The notes beneath the pieces were generated by a model. That model saw only the letters and a program-made list of their open reading frames with translations, was not told where the DNA came from and did not search any database. A stretch of DNA of 64,000 bases from Octopus bimaculoides (lineage: Eukaryota): assembly GCF_001194135.2 (NCBI RefSeq), contig NC_068988.1, positions 44,648,899 through 44,712,898 on the forward strand, read 5' to 3'. Below are positions 1 through 12,809 of this stretch, in pieces (position 1 is the first letter of the stretch; each line of letters starts with the position of its first letter). The position numbers and the translations under genes are program-made.

Positions 1-585
1 GTACTTATTCTATTGGTCTCTTTTGCTGAAACGCTAAGTTACGGAAACATAAACACACCAACACCAGTTGTTAAGTTGTGATGGTGGGGGACAAACACAG
101 ACCCAAAAACACGCACACATAAATACATACATAGATGCATACATACATGCATGCATGCATATATAATGCATACAAACATACATACATACATATATAAATA
201 TATATACAAAATGAAGAGGAATGACCACCAAGGTGGACTCCTAATATACTAAAGATAGACGTCAAATCGCCTTACCACGAAGAGTGTGTTCTCAAGAAAA
301 ATTTCAGCAAAATGCCAGAACGTAAAATTAAGCAAGACAAATGAAAATATACGAAATAAAAAACGATTACCTACGTACCAATGGTTTCTCTTGTTAATAT
401 TTACGAATGTATATATCTGCAAGCTCATTAGCGTAGTCTGTTTCTTACAAAACCACTCTCTAGGCTTTGGTAGGCCCAAGGCTATAGCAGAAGACACTTG
501 CTCCAAGATGCCATGCGGTGGGACTTAACCTGGAACCATGTGGTTGAGAAGCAAGCTTCTTACCATACAGCCACACCTATGGCTA
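1..585 (-). mobile_element. tRNA-derived CORE-type SINE (octopus OR1/OR2-like), 3' end runs off the window
   Basis: 420-585 is the reverse complement of the family head/CORE (ggctgtatggtaagaagcttgctt...ggcatcttggagcaagtgtcttc). 1-100 is the family 3' body. The central microsatellite has ~190 bp of extra sequence. Same family as 5418-5800. Confidence 0.75.
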
Positions 586-805
586 TACATATACATATAT
601 ACATTTGTATATGCATACATACAGACACCTTGGTGTGTCAGCATACATATATTCACAAAACAATGCACAAGAAAACATTCATATAAACACATGAACAAAT
701 ATATTTCAGTTCATTACCAATCAGAAAATTCTTACCACTTAATAAAATTTTGTATTATTGTTATCAACTGGAAGAACGTTATGTGTATATAGTTAGTGGT
801 GTGAG

Positions 806-1975
806 CTAATTAAAGTGTAATACATTAAGTTTCAGTTTGTATTTTTTAATAAAGTATATTTCTCTTTTGCTTTGTTACTGGTGCATTGTTGAGTTACCGC
901 AGTGCTAGATTTGGAAGACTGAATAGTTCGGTAAGACCAATTTCTTATATGTTCATTCAGGGTTATTTTTCTTGTGTATGGTTCTCAGATTTGCTGGCGA
1001 TGTACTGTCATTTTTTCTGAGTATCGCACGTGCTTTTCTGATGTAGTGTTCTTGGCAACCTTTAAAAGTTATAATGTATATTAGGTTGTCCAAGTTGTTA
1101 CAGAAATTGTTTTTAATTTTGAAGGTAGGACCCTTTTAGAAGATAAATTTGGGACCCTTCAATAGGTAGCTATATGTTCCACAGTCTAGCTGGTTGCATT
1201 TACTGACTTTAGGATGTATCATTTGTGGATGTAATTTTGTGTCGGTCAATATCCTTTTTAGTGATTCGTTTGCTTCTTGCTTTTTAGATATTTTCCCAAG
1301 ACTTTTTTGTCCTGTAATGATATTGATAGGTTTATAAATATGTTGACGAAAATTTCGGTGCTCTTTGGGTTAAAGATTGAAATATATGGAGTAGCAAGTT
1401 TTCTTTTTGTTTCTTTATTTTTTGTATTTTGCTGTTTGAAACTTTTAGATGTTAATTTCTTTGACATTCTTAATTCCAAGGTCAGTCAACTTTATGGGGT
1501 ATTTTCTCATGATAAGTATTTTTTCATTTCATCTAGTCTTCGGTCTCTTTCTCAGGCTTTGACGGCGTGCTTCAAATGACATGATGTAAAATGGAGGTAT
1601 TTTTGTAAGTCAATGAGTTTAAAATATATGACAGCTCCTAGTATTGTATTTCTTTTGCTGTTAGAATGGCTAGGAAGTGGAGTTTTAGTTATTGAATTCG
1701 ATGTTGAATTGAATATCAAGACTTATGTCAAGACTTGTGTTTATTAAATTTTGGAATCGCTTCAATCTGTCAGTTTTTCTCTCCCAAAAATGAAACAAGG
1801 ATCTAGAAACCTCTCCTAGACTATTAACTGCTGAATTAACGTCGAAATAATTTTGAGAATTTTTCGTATATTTTCAGCTCATGGTATCACATGACTAAGT
1901 TGGCGTATGTCGGGGAAACTTTTGTTTTCATGGCCGTTCATGTCTTTTGTCAATAGACTATGTCAACATGTTAAA
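806..1975 (-). mobile_element. Decayed Penelope-like retroelement (RT C-terminal part, thumb/linker, GIY-YIG endonuclease)
   Basis: Minus-strand translation with stops and frameshifts: Y*QKT*TAMKTKVSPTYANLVM*YHELKIYE (PLE RT QxxGTAMG..AP.YANL), IYFKLIDLQKYLHFTSCH (thumb), NLIYIITFKGCQEHYIRK..LRK/MTVHRQQI*EP...EHI (GIY-YIG). Confidence 0.85.
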
Positions 1976-2517
1976 CTATTATAGTCTGTTCGCATAATCT
2001 TACAAAAAATGCTTATAGTACTTTAGCATTTATGAGGGGAGTGCACACCATCTTATTATACCTCCTTCCTCAGCATACATAACCCACACCTTATATATGT
2101 CTTATTTAATGACTGTGTTATATTCAAGAAACATGTTTAAAATTATATAAACGAAAAATTCTTCTAGAATGATGAAGGAAATGTAAAGTCTCCATTTGCA
2201 ATGTGTGGATGACACAAAAGCATAGAAATTGTGCACCACCCTGGTGGCTGATCGCTGTTATATAAAACATCGCAACCAATTATATGAGTTTTATATCCTG
2301 CACGGCAATTCTTTTAACTGGAATAAATATAACACGTATAAAGATGATCTGAAAAGAAAGATGAAGTTGAAATGCAGAACTTCATAACATAATCGATTTT
2401 TTATAAATTTATGATTTCATACGTTAGTTCAGTCTACTGTCACAGTATTCCATTCACATGTATCATATATTTTTCCCTTACAAAAACTCTTTAACACATA
2501 CATACATGCACATACAT

Positions 2518-2519
<2 letters not shown>

Positions 2520-2593
<74 letters not shown>
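2520..2593. repeat. (CA)n microsatellite next to a 10-N gap
   Basis: Direct observation. Confidence 0.95.
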
Positions 2594-2773
2594 NNNNNNN
2601 NNNACGCACACACAAGTGAGTAAACATATAAATGAAAGTAGTGCTCAACATATTTAGGTGGAGTCATATGTATTTAATAATAATTTAACTCAGCTCTGAA
2701 CATCTGATGATGTTGTGTTCTATGCCCACGAAACTTTAGCTAATGTGAAGCTGAGCCAAACTGTCATGAAATA

Positions 2774-2810
<37 letters not shown>

Positions 2811-3491
2811 AATGTGTGTGCGTGCGTGCGTGCGTGCGTGTGTGGGTGTGTTAACATAAAATGAAAAGTATATGTATATATATTTACAGATCATTACCAA
2901 AATTTCTATTTATATTTTCTACCACCACTCTTTCATCTCCATCCTTTCAGTATTTTATGGATAAGTATGTTTATCAAAATTTGTGTTTATACATTCACCA
3001 ACACACTAATACATGCACACACACGCACGCATGCGCAGAAATACACATACACCATATATAAGTATACGTTATACAAGCAGGTGTCTGAAATGTCTTGGTA
3101 TATCATTCAAACACTTGGGTAGGAGGTTGCTGCTAAGAAGACAGAAGCCATTTAACTTTTTTCTACAGTTAGAATTTGATAAATTGAACGTTAATCTCTG
3201 TTGGTACTTGTCATTTGTTCTCTACCATTGTTCAATATCTATACCCCTGCCTCTTCTCCACTGAGATTTTAAATTAAAAAAAAAAAATTCAACGCGGTAT
3301 CTAATAATGAACAGGTGTTCTTCAAAACTTATTTATCATTTCATTTCTTTTATTTATCGAAATTTTCCAGTATTCTCCCATTAAAGCAACTAAAATGAAG
3401 AAATGTTATTCTACTCTTTTAGAAAACGCACAAACATATATATTTATGAGTGTATGTATGTGTGTGTACACATATATGTATGTATATATGC

Positions 3492-3535
<44 letters not shown>

Positions 3536-3555
3536 ATATATATACATATATATGC

Positions 3556-3586
<31 letters not shown>

Positions 3587-4088
3587 NNNNNNNNNNNNNN
3601 NNNNNNNNNNNNNNNNNNNNNNNNNNNNNNNNNNNNNNNNNNNNNNNNNNNNNNNNNNNNNNNNNNNNNNNNNNNNNNNNNNNNNNNNNNNNNNNNNNNN
3701 NNNNNNNNNNNNNNNNNNNNNNNNNNNNNNNNNNNNNNNNNNNNNNNNNNNNNNNNNNNNNNNNNNNNNNNNNNNNNNNNNNNNNNNNNNNNNNNNNNNN
3801 NNNNNNNNNNNNNNNNNNNNNNNNNNNNNNNNNNNNNNNNNNNNNNNNNNNNNNNNNNNNNNNNNNNNNNNNNNNNNNNNNNNNNNNNNNNNNNNNNNNN
3901 NNNNNNNNNNNNNNNNNNNNNNNNNNNNNNNNNNNNNNNNNNNNNNNNNNNNNNNNNNNNNNNNNNNNNNNNNNNNNNNNNNNNNNNNNNNNNNNNNNNN
4001 NNNNNNNNNNNNNNNNNNNNNNNNNNNNNNNNNNNNNNNNNNNNNNNNNNNNNNNNNNNNNNNNNNNNNNNNNNNNNNNNNNNNNNNN

Positions 4089-4123
<35 letters not shown>

Positions 4124-4579
4124 GATAGATATATAGACACACATCCACGCACGGACATATGCATACACACACATACGCTCAGACAGACATAAAGACAAGT
4201 TTCTCCACTGTTCTTTGTTTATCACTATCCGTCTCCCTGTTTTTCATGCCATCAGTTTTAACTATTATTATTGAAAGTCTGGAAATTTCGAAACAAACAA
4301 TGAAGACATTGTTGTATTGGTGACGGAGATGTTGTTTGTGTTTGAGAAGACTGTCTAGCATATGTTGTGATGCAAATATTGATCTATTACATTGTTATAA
4401 GGACATTTTTTTGTCGGCATAGGGTACATTTGTAATTAATTAATTCAACACCATTATATTATTGCTATTTATTTCGTTGACCCTAGACAGAGGAAAGTCA
4501 AAGTTGACACTGGCAAGGTTTGAACTAATTCTGTAAAGCTATCTATGAAAATACTACAATGGATTTAGTAGTGTTTTAC

Positions 4580-5065
4580 CATTTCTGTTACTGACCACTC
4601 GGTACCACCACCACCATCATCATCATCATCGTTATTATCTTCATTGTAATCATCATCATCATCACCATTACTACCGAACCACCCTTCCAAACCACCACTA
4701 CCACCACCACCACCACCACTACNNNNNNNNNNNNNNNTACCACCACCACCACTAGCCACACCACTCTCATCACCATCGCCACCACCACTGCCGTAGCCAC
4801 TGTCACCACTGCCACCACGCTGTTTCCACTGCCGCCACCATCACCACTGCCGCCAGTGCCGCTACTGCCGGCGGTAGCGGTAGTGCCGGCGTTACCGCCG
4901 CTGCTACTGTTGCCACCGTTGCTGCTGTCATATCTGCTGCCAACAGCACCACTACCACCAGCAGCAGCAACACCACCACCATCATCCACCACACCCAACA
5001 GCACCACCACCACCACAGTCATCGTCAATATCATCATTATTGTCATTATCATTGTCATCATCTTC
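4580..5065. repeat. Degenerate trinucleotide array (CAC/CAT/CCG/CTG)
   Basis: Register-preserving triplet repeats; these explain the low-complexity ORFs in all frames. Confidence 0.9.
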
Positions 5066-5107
5066 TTTGTCCATTTTTACATGCATGCATGGGTTAGATG
5101 GAATTAA

Positions 5108-5260
5108 TCGAGGCAGACTTTCTATGATTGGATGCCCTTCCTGTCAATAACCCTCACCTGTTTCCAAGTAAGTTTATACTTTCCCTAGCTAGACATGCTT
5201 TCATAGATTATTGAAAAAGGAATGACACATTATATCATAATGATATTGCATGATGTCAAG
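5108..5260 (-). mobile_element. Fragment of the retroposon family carrying the aggaagggcatcc motif (RTE-related SINE-like)
   Basis: ggatgcccttcctgtc is the reverse complement of the family motif seen at 21120, 26222 and 62253. Confidence 0.55.
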
Positions 5261-5279
5261 ATAAGGAAACACAACCAAG

Positions 5280-5580
5280 CACCTATGTGACTTAGTGGTT
5301 AGGGTGTTGGACACATGATCGTAAAACTGTGGTTTCGATTCCTGGACCGGTGTTCTTGAGCAAAACATTTCATTTTATGCTGCTCCAATCCACTCAGCTG
5401 GCAAAAATGACTAATATAGGCGCAGGTGTGGCTGTGTGGTAAGTAGCTTGCTTAACAATCATATGGTTCTGGGTTCAGTCCCACTGCGTGGCACCTTGGG
5501 CAAGTGTCTTCTATTATAGCTTCGATCCGACCAGAGATTGTGAGTGGATTTGGTAGACGGAAACTGAAAGAAGCCTGTCG

Positions 5581-5614
<34 letters not shown>

Positions 5615-5910
5615 TATATACATGTATGTATATATTTATGTGTTTGTGTTTGTCCCCACCATCGCTTGACAGTCGATGTTGGTATGTTTTTACGTCCCCA
5701 TAACTTAGCGGTTTGTCCTGGGGTTGATTTGTTCGACTAAAGACGGTGCTCCAGCATGGCCGTAGTCAAATGACTAAAACAAATAAAAGAATAAAAGAAT
5801 CCTGCAATGGACCACTGTCCTGTTCAGGTGGGGAATTTATAAGCCATGGTAATCGGGAAATCGGTCCTTATGAGTCGGCATGACCCAAGAAGTTAACTCT
5901 AACTTTTTTA
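5280..5910 (+). mobile_element. Older tRNA-derived SINE interrupted by the 5418-5800 SINE
   Basis: A box (tagtggttagg), B box (ggtttcgattcc), CORE-like gtgttcttgagcaaaac and ccactcagctggcaaaaatga, as in copies at 56860 and 61465. It resumes at 5801 with cctgcaatggac... Confidence 0.6.
5418..5800 (+). mobile_element. Near full-length tRNA-derived CORE-type SINE (OR-like)
   Basis: tRNA-like head ggcgcaggtgtggctgtgtggtaag...gggttcagtccc, CORE-like gtggcaccttgggcaagtgtctt, internal (TA)/(CA) microsatellite, tail ggtgctccagcatggccgtagtc and (aaaagaat)n. Confidence 0.85.
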
Positions 5911-6289
5911 AGATCTGCATACATGCTCCCTCAATGGATTGACCCTCTCTTATGATTTGGTGTTGGTGTAAAAGTTAATTGTGTGATACTATAAAAATCT
6001 GATAAAACTGAAAGGTTTCTGTAATGTATTTTTCATCCTTTGGTCAGGAGAGAAGAAAGTAACTGTGACCCATTTCAGGGTTTATAAGACATGTGGGTGA
6101 GAAGTATCTTCCAACTGAAAACCTGCGCCCAAATGCCTACAATAAAGTGGACCTTTCTAAAAGTCCTCAAAGTGTCAAGTAGTGCTTGTTAAATCAAGTG
6201 AAATATTTACGTTACCACATAAGCAAGTCAAGGTGAGATTTGAACTTAGAATGCAGAGACCCAGGACAAATACTGAAATGTGCTTGATC

Positions 6290-6475
6290 CAACGTTCTTC
6301 TAGCAGTTTTTGCCAATCCACCACCTTTGATTGGTACGTTTTTATTGACTCCAAAAGGATAAGATAACTTTGGCAAGATTTGAACTCAAAATGTAGAGGT
6401 TGAAACAAATACCATAAATAATTATTTTCGACACTCTAATGATTCTGTCAATTAGTCACCTTAATGTGTTACATT
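6290..6475 (-). mobile_element. Decayed Meta-domain-like tRNA SINE
   Basis: gatttgaactcaaaatg and ctaatgattctgtc match the young copy at 10720-10955. Confidence 0.55.
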
Positions 6476-7068
6476 GTAGTGATATTATCATAATAAAAAT
6501 GAGGATATTTTAATTTGACAAAAATGTATTGTGATTGTAATTATACAACGTTATACAATGTTAATAAATCATTATAATAATTCTTAATACATTCGACCGT
6601 GAATCTGAATGACTAATGAGCCACAAACTGTTGCTACATTCATCAGTCCACAGGAGCTGTGACTGAGCAAACACAACAATGCTGAAATGTCCCAAAATCC
6701 CTGTACAATAATGAATGGAATACGTTATGAACACCCATTCATTTGAAAGTTGTTCTTCAATGATGAAATACAACAATGATTAGCATATTCATGATTGAAT
6801 CTGCTGTAACATATTAAGAGTGAATATGTATGTCATCATTATATTATATTGTTTTGTCATTGATACCCTGCTGGGTTTGTAATGTGGTTATGTCATTATA
6901 CAGTTGATTTTGTGATGTCACAATATTATTACAAAATTCATTTTATAATACAGTGACACTATTCTGTTGATTACATAATATTAATTTTATAGAATGGTAA
7001 TTTGTAATATAGTCAACTGGTTCTATGATATGACAAAATTACAAAATTAATTTTACATGTGTATGATA

Positions 7069-7114
<46 letters not shown>

Positions 7115-7799
7115 AATATATAAAATTAATTTGTTGATTCTATCAAAGAGTGATAAAACAATATGACGTTTTTAGTATAATGATGTAATTCAATTGGTTT
7201 GGTGATGTGATAATCTATACATATAAATTTGACATGGGCGATTCTTTCCTGCCTTGGGATTCACGGTGAAACGGCTGGGTGGAATTGCACGAAAAATTAC
7301 ACATATATGTAGAATGATCCGGTGGTGATGCAGGGCTTTGCAATTTTTTCATAGCTCCAATGGTTACCGAGATAATCTACTATAATAATACTCTTGTGAG
7401 TTTTTCAACTGTGTGAATATATGTGTATGTGTGTAAAAGGAGGGTATGTAATGTGTGTGTGTTTGTGTGTGTGCGCGTGCGCACAATGAAAGTGGGATGG
7501 TTCATCTTTGTTCCTTTAGTATTTGAGTTTATTTTTTTGATTTGGTTGAATTTTGGTTGTTTTTTTGTTGGTCAGTTATTTTTAGCGTTTTGACAGAAAA
7601 AAAATGTCATTCTAAAATTGTTTTTTAACGTAAGCGTGCCCAAACAAGTCGAATGCTTACACAGAGCAGGTTTTACAGCCACATCATCCAAACCGACCGG
7701 GTGAAACCGGGTTTTGCTGCTAGTATGTACTATAAAACTGACTTTTTGCATTGACTCATGGTTCAAATATGTAGGATGTGCATATGTTATCAATTAGAT

Positions 7800-7995
7800 T
7801 GATCCCAGTAGTCAACTAATATTCATTTCATTGACCCCAGTATATAGCTACAGTCCTTAACATTCTGAGTTCAAATCTCAATGGGGGTGGGGCGGTCAGC
7901 TTCATATTTCATCCTTAGGGAGTTAATAAAATAAAGTGCAAGTCAAGTACAAGAGACAATTTAATCGATTTTGCCCTTCCCTAAGTCTTTGAAAC
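7800..7995 (+). mobile_element. Decayed Meta-domain-like SINE
   Basis: cattctgagttcaaat...tttcatcctt...aataaaataaagt motif series. Confidence 0.5.
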
Positions 7996-8092
7996 ATAAA
8001 TCAATAATGTAATTTTGAGGAGTGTTTGACATATGGTGGATGGAGCTGTATTTAAATTGGCTTCATTTAAATTGCTAATATTGTATCATAAA

Positions 8093-8305
8093 TTAAGGCA
8101 GCAAGCTGGCAGAATCATTATCACACCAGGTAAAATGCTTAAATGCATTTTGTCTGTTTTTACATTCTGAGTTCAAATTCTATTGAGGTCGACTTTGCCT
8201 TTCAAGGTTGATAACATAATTACCGATTGAACACTGAGGCTCCATGTAATTGACTTACCCTTTCCCCAGAACTTGTGGACCTTGTGCCAAAATTTGAAAC
8301 CAACA
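8093..8305 (+). mobile_element. Meta-domain-like tRNA SINE
   Basis: ggcagcaagctggcagaatcatt head, ttctgagttcaaattc B box, gaggtcgactttgcctttca core, ttgtgccaaaatttgaaacc tail. Confidence 0.7.
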
Positions 8306-8918
8306 TTATGTTGTAAATGATTCTTGACTCCACACCATATACGTGAGTTAGTTATGCATGGGGCATAAGTGAATGCACAGGGAAAGTAGGCTAGACTTTT
8401 GAACATAACTGAAGTTGCAGTCTATAAATACCAAAGATAAGTGGGTGTGGTATACTGAATGCATGAAAGAAAGTGTGTGTGGTTATATGTGCAAATTTGA
8501 AAGTAGGTGTGGTATTGTGAGTGTATGGGAAAAAGGCGAGATTATCTTGTGAAAGTAGGTTGAGTACACTGGGTATATTTAAAAAGTAGCTGTTAATTGT
8601 ATAAAGAGAAAGTGAGAGTGGATAGGTTGCAAGAAGGTTGTCATTGCCCTAATTTATTCAATGGAGGTGTGGCTATGTTGAGCATATATAAAATGCAGAG
8701 TAGTTGTGCTGCAATATTTTGGAATAGGTGGGGTTGTGACGAAGGTTCATAATAAGTGGTTGTTGCTGTGTTTAATATTCAATGTAAATGTATGTGGCCT
8801 AGGATATATAGATGAATAAATGTGGTATTATGTTTAATTCATTGGGAAATAAAATGTAGGTCTCTGATTACTAACTATAAAACATCACAAAAGAAAAGAA
8901 AATCCCACCCCGCCACCA

Positions 8919-8955
<37 letters not shown>

Positions 8956-9639
8956 TAAAACAAAAGAAAACATTAAAATATTTAGCTGCATTTTAATATG
9001 AATGAAATTAGTGGTGTGTAGATAGATATGTTGTAATGAATTCAGCAAGGAATAACAGGAAAATGAGCTTCAGTACCAATCCTAAAATTCTAATAGATCT
9101 GTGAGTGATATGGGTTATGGATATGATAAATTAACCTGGCAGATTGTCCAAAAACTAGCATTTTATATATGTGGTCAGTGGTGGGGAAAAATTGTGAGGC
9201 TGGGAGGAGAGTAAAGTAAACCCATTCTTGCAAAACTGGTCTTTGACAAAAGAACTAAGCACAAAGACAGAGCAGTGTTTAATGGCTATCAATGATGAGA
9301 GTGAGAGAGCGAGAGTGAATGGGGGAAGGGCGGAGAGAGAGAGGGGGGAGAGAATATATATATATATCTATATGTGTGTGTATGCTGAGGAGGATAGCAA
9401 TATTACAGTAGAAATGTTGGCAACACACCGTGGAGTAGCCAAACTGTGAAGACATTTAAAGAAACTGGCAAAACCTTTGATGTCTCTAACATCAAAGCAT
9501 AACGTCTGTGATAATAGTTATGGTAGTAGTGATGGAGATGGTGATGGTGGTGGTAATAGTGGTGGTGGTTGTAACAGTAGTAGTAGTAGTAGTGGGGTTG
9601 GGTGGTTTTTATTGACTGAAAGGTTAATTGTAGGGTTGA

Positions 9640-9747
9640 TCTATGTTGAAAATGTTATTCTATGATGATGACGATGATGATGATGATAACAATGATGATG
9701 ATAATAATAATAATAATAATAATAATAGCAATAATAATAATAATAAT

Positions 9748-9788
<41 letters not shown>

Positions 9789-9873
9789 TAATAATAATAA
9801 TGATGATAATGATAATGATAATAATAATAATATTGGCGATGATAATTATGATGATGATGCTGACGATGATGAT

Positions 9874-9912
<39 letters not shown>

Positions 9913-9915
9913 TGT
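9640..9915. repeat. (GAT)n/(AAT)n compound microsatellite
   Basis: Direct observation. Confidence 0.95.
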
Positions 9916-10372
9916 GTGATATATAGGTAAGCAATCAAGAGGAATGGATACTGCTAACGATGTCGATTGTTGCTTTGAAGTATTGTTGGACGCTATAGAG
10001 AATGAGCGGTAGAAATAAATAGAAAAGAAAAATGGAGGGGAAAAAAAGAAAAAAAACAAACAAACAAACAAAATGCATACAAAATGTTACTGATAATGAT
10101 GAAGATGATGGTGAGGATGATGATGATGATGATGATGAGGATGATGATGAGGATGATGATGATGATGATGATGATGATTAAACAATTATGATTTCTGGCT
10201 GAGGTAAGAAACTTTTTTCGAAATACTGTGAACTGCTATAGTTGAGTGACACAACTGAATGTATTATTGGTAATTATTTTAGCTTAGTGGTCACTGAACA
10301 TAGAAAATGGAGCTTTACCATTCACAGCACCCTACTACTACCTACACACACGCGTGCGCGCGCACAGTACAC

Positions 10373-10414
<42 letters not shown>

Positions 10415-10719
10415 NNNNNNNNNNNNNNNNNNNNNNNNNNNNNNNNNNNNNNNNNNNNNNNNNNNNNNNNNNNNNNNNNNNNNNNNNNNNNNNNNNNNNN
10501 NNNNNNNNNNNNNNNNNNNNNNNNNNNNNNNNNNNNNNNNNNNNNNNNNNNNNNNNNNNNNNNNNNNNNNNNNNNNNNNNNNNNNNNNNNNNNNNNNNNN
10601 NNNNNATTTATAGCAAACCTCCCTATGAGGAGCTCATCTGTGCAACCTAACATCTCTCCTTCTTCCCTCTTTCTTCCCCTCCCTTCTCTCACTATCTCAG
10701 TTGCCGTTAGTTCTATACC

Positions 10720-10955
10720 TATTTCTTTACTGCCCACAAGAGGCTACACACAGAGAGGACAAACAAGGACAGACAAACGGATTAAGTCGATTATATCGAC
10801 CCCAGTGCGTAACTGGTACTTAATTTATCGACCCCGAAAGGATGAAAGGTAAAGTCGACCTCGGCGGAATTTGAACTCAGAACGCAGTGGCAGACACAAT
10901 ACCGTTAAGCATTTCGCCCGGCGTGCTAACGATTCTGCCAGCTCGCCGCCTTCAA
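10720..10955 (-). mobile_element. Young full-length Meta-domain-like tRNA SINE with TSD
   Basis: Minus strand ggcggcgagctggcagaatcgttagcacgcc...gttctgagttcaaattcc...cctttcatcctttcggggtcgataaattaagtaccag. Flanked by tagttctatacc (10708-10719) and tagttccatacc (10956-10967), a 12-bp TSD with 1 mismatch. Confidence 0.9.
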
Positions 10956-11229
10956 TAGTTCCATACCATCTCTAAATTTTAACATCTATTCACAAACCCA
11001 ACAATAACGACTTCCCTTGAAATACTACCCATCCTCCCCTTTCCACATATCTCCCAAGTTTTTGCTTCTACTACAACTTCTCCCAGCACTGATCATCCAA
11101 CCCCTCCATCTTCCTGTACTACTTTGCTTCAACACTCCCCAAACACTCCCATCGATTTACGTGCTTGCCTCTCACTTCACCAATTCTACCTTTAAATTTC
11201 CTTGCATCATTGTCTGAAATGTTAAATTT

Positions 11230-11480
11230 TTATCTCGCCACCCCGAAGACGGAAGCCGGATCTATACAATGCTTAGTTGATTCCACTACTGGTTACATAT
11301 TTTGGTAAACTACATCTACCAATATCAAGAAGTGTAAGCCCTCAGAAACAGCAGTCGGATTTGTAATGCCATACATTCTCCACATTAATTTTCTGTGTCC
11401 TTGTCCTCTATGTAAATTTGCTCTGTTAATATCTAAATATCTATATATTTATACTTGAATATTCATCGTCTGAAAACAGC
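11230..11480 (+). mobile_element. Penelope-like terminal-repeat (pLTR) remnant
   Basis: ccccgaagacgg ... gaaacagcagtc hammerhead-like halves. 11345-11478 is homologous to 49688-49820. Confidence 0.45.
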
Positions 11481-11601
11481 CCACGTGTAGTTTCATTTTG
11501 GAAATGATCAGAAGTAGATGGACAAAAAGAAAAAGTGTTTTCTGGGACAGGAGAGTGTCAAGAATGGTTGGTATCCGTGTGTAAGCGCGCGCGTGTTGGC
11601 A

Positions 11602-11633
<32 letters not shown>

Positions 11634-11796
11634 TGCTGTGTGAGTGATCAGTGTCTAACGTGTTAATGTCGTAGTGAGAGGTCAGCAGCTATAGTGACAG
11701 ATCTGTGTATGGGTGATTGTGACAGTGTGTTGTGCGTTCTTTTGCACATGTGCGTAGATGGGATGGTCAGTAGTGAGTCAGGAGCAGTTTGAAGGC

Positions 11797-11860
<64 letters not shown>

Positions 11861-12361
11861 NNNNNNNNNNNNNNNNNNNNNNNNNNNNNNNNNNNNNNNN
11901 NNNNNNNNNNNNNNNNNNNNNNNNNNNNNNNNNNNNNNNNNNNNNNNNNNNNNNNNNNNNNNNNNNNNNNNNNNNNNNNNNNNNNNNNNNNNNNNNNNNN
12001 NNNNNNNNNNNNNNNNNNNNNNNNNNNNNNNNNNNNNNNNNNNNNNNNNNNNNNNNNNNNNNNNNNNNNNNNNNNNNNNNNNNNNNNNNNNNNNNNNNNN
12101 NNNNNNNNNNNNNNNNNNNNNNNNNNNNNNNNNNNNNNNNNNNNNNNNNNNNNNNNNNNATTCCAAGATTAAGACAAAGAAATTATTTTATATGAGACTT
12201 CGCTAATAAATAGACAATTGTTGCAAAAGAAAAAAAGCTTACAGCATTCAATTATTAAACATTCATAATTGGAATAAATAAATAAAATTGAATATTAAGT
12301 ATTAATGGAATTTTGATTTACAGTCGAGTGACTTTTGGCCAGCCATATATATTCCTTATTC

Positions 12362-12776
12362 TGTTATTCTTTTATTTGTTTCAGTCATTTTACTGTGGTC
12401 ATGCTGGAGCACCGTCTTTAATCGAACAAATCGACCCCGGGACTTATTCTTTGTAAGCCTAGTACTTATTCTATCGGCCTCTCTGGCCGAACCGCTAATT
12501 CACGTGGACGTAAACACACCAGCATCGGTTGACAAGCGATTTTGAAGGGGGGAAGAAACAGACGCACAAACATATACATCCACACACATACATACACACA
12601 CGCACACACATATACGATGGGCTTCTTTCAGTTTCCGTCTACAAAATCCACTCACAAGGCTTTGGTCAGCCCGAGGCTATAGTAGAAGACACTTGCCCAA
12701 GGTGCCACACAGTGTGACTGAACCAGAAACCATGTGGTTGGTAAGGCAAGCTACTTACCACACAGCCACTCCTGCT
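12362..12776 (-). mobile_element. Full-length CORE-type SINE (OR-like)
   Basis: Reverse complement of the 5418-5800 family along its whole length. Confidence 0.85.
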
Positions 12777-12778
12777 CT

Positions 12779-12789
<11 letters not shown>

Positions 12790-12809
<20 letters not shown>

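Noticed and set aside
985-995. In-frame TGA in the GIY-YIG region as possible selenocysteine
   Set aside because: It falls at a position that is usually Arg (QQIR), so CGA to TGA CpG decay in an already disrupted element is the simpler explanation.
2700-2752. ctgatga...gaaac as a hammerhead
   Set aside because: Stem II pairs for only 2 bp and no stem III or NUH site can be formed.
3403-4225. Long ORFs spanning N gaps (also near 10.3 kb, 11.7 kb, 20.4 kb, 37.1-38.3 kb, 53.7-54.9 kb, 58.0 kb, 59.8 kb)
   Set aside because: They are open only because N runs and (TA)/(CA) repeats contain no stop codons.
4588-5107. Gly/Ser/Ala-rich and Pro/Leu-rich ORFs
   Set aside because: Translation of a degenerate trinucleotide array; open in several frames on both strands.
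6595-9500. Several short open frames with splice-like ends (about 6600-6700, 7650-7720, 9400-9495)
   Set aside because: Alternative frames and strands are equally plausible, no homolog is recognised, and the phases cannot be chained.
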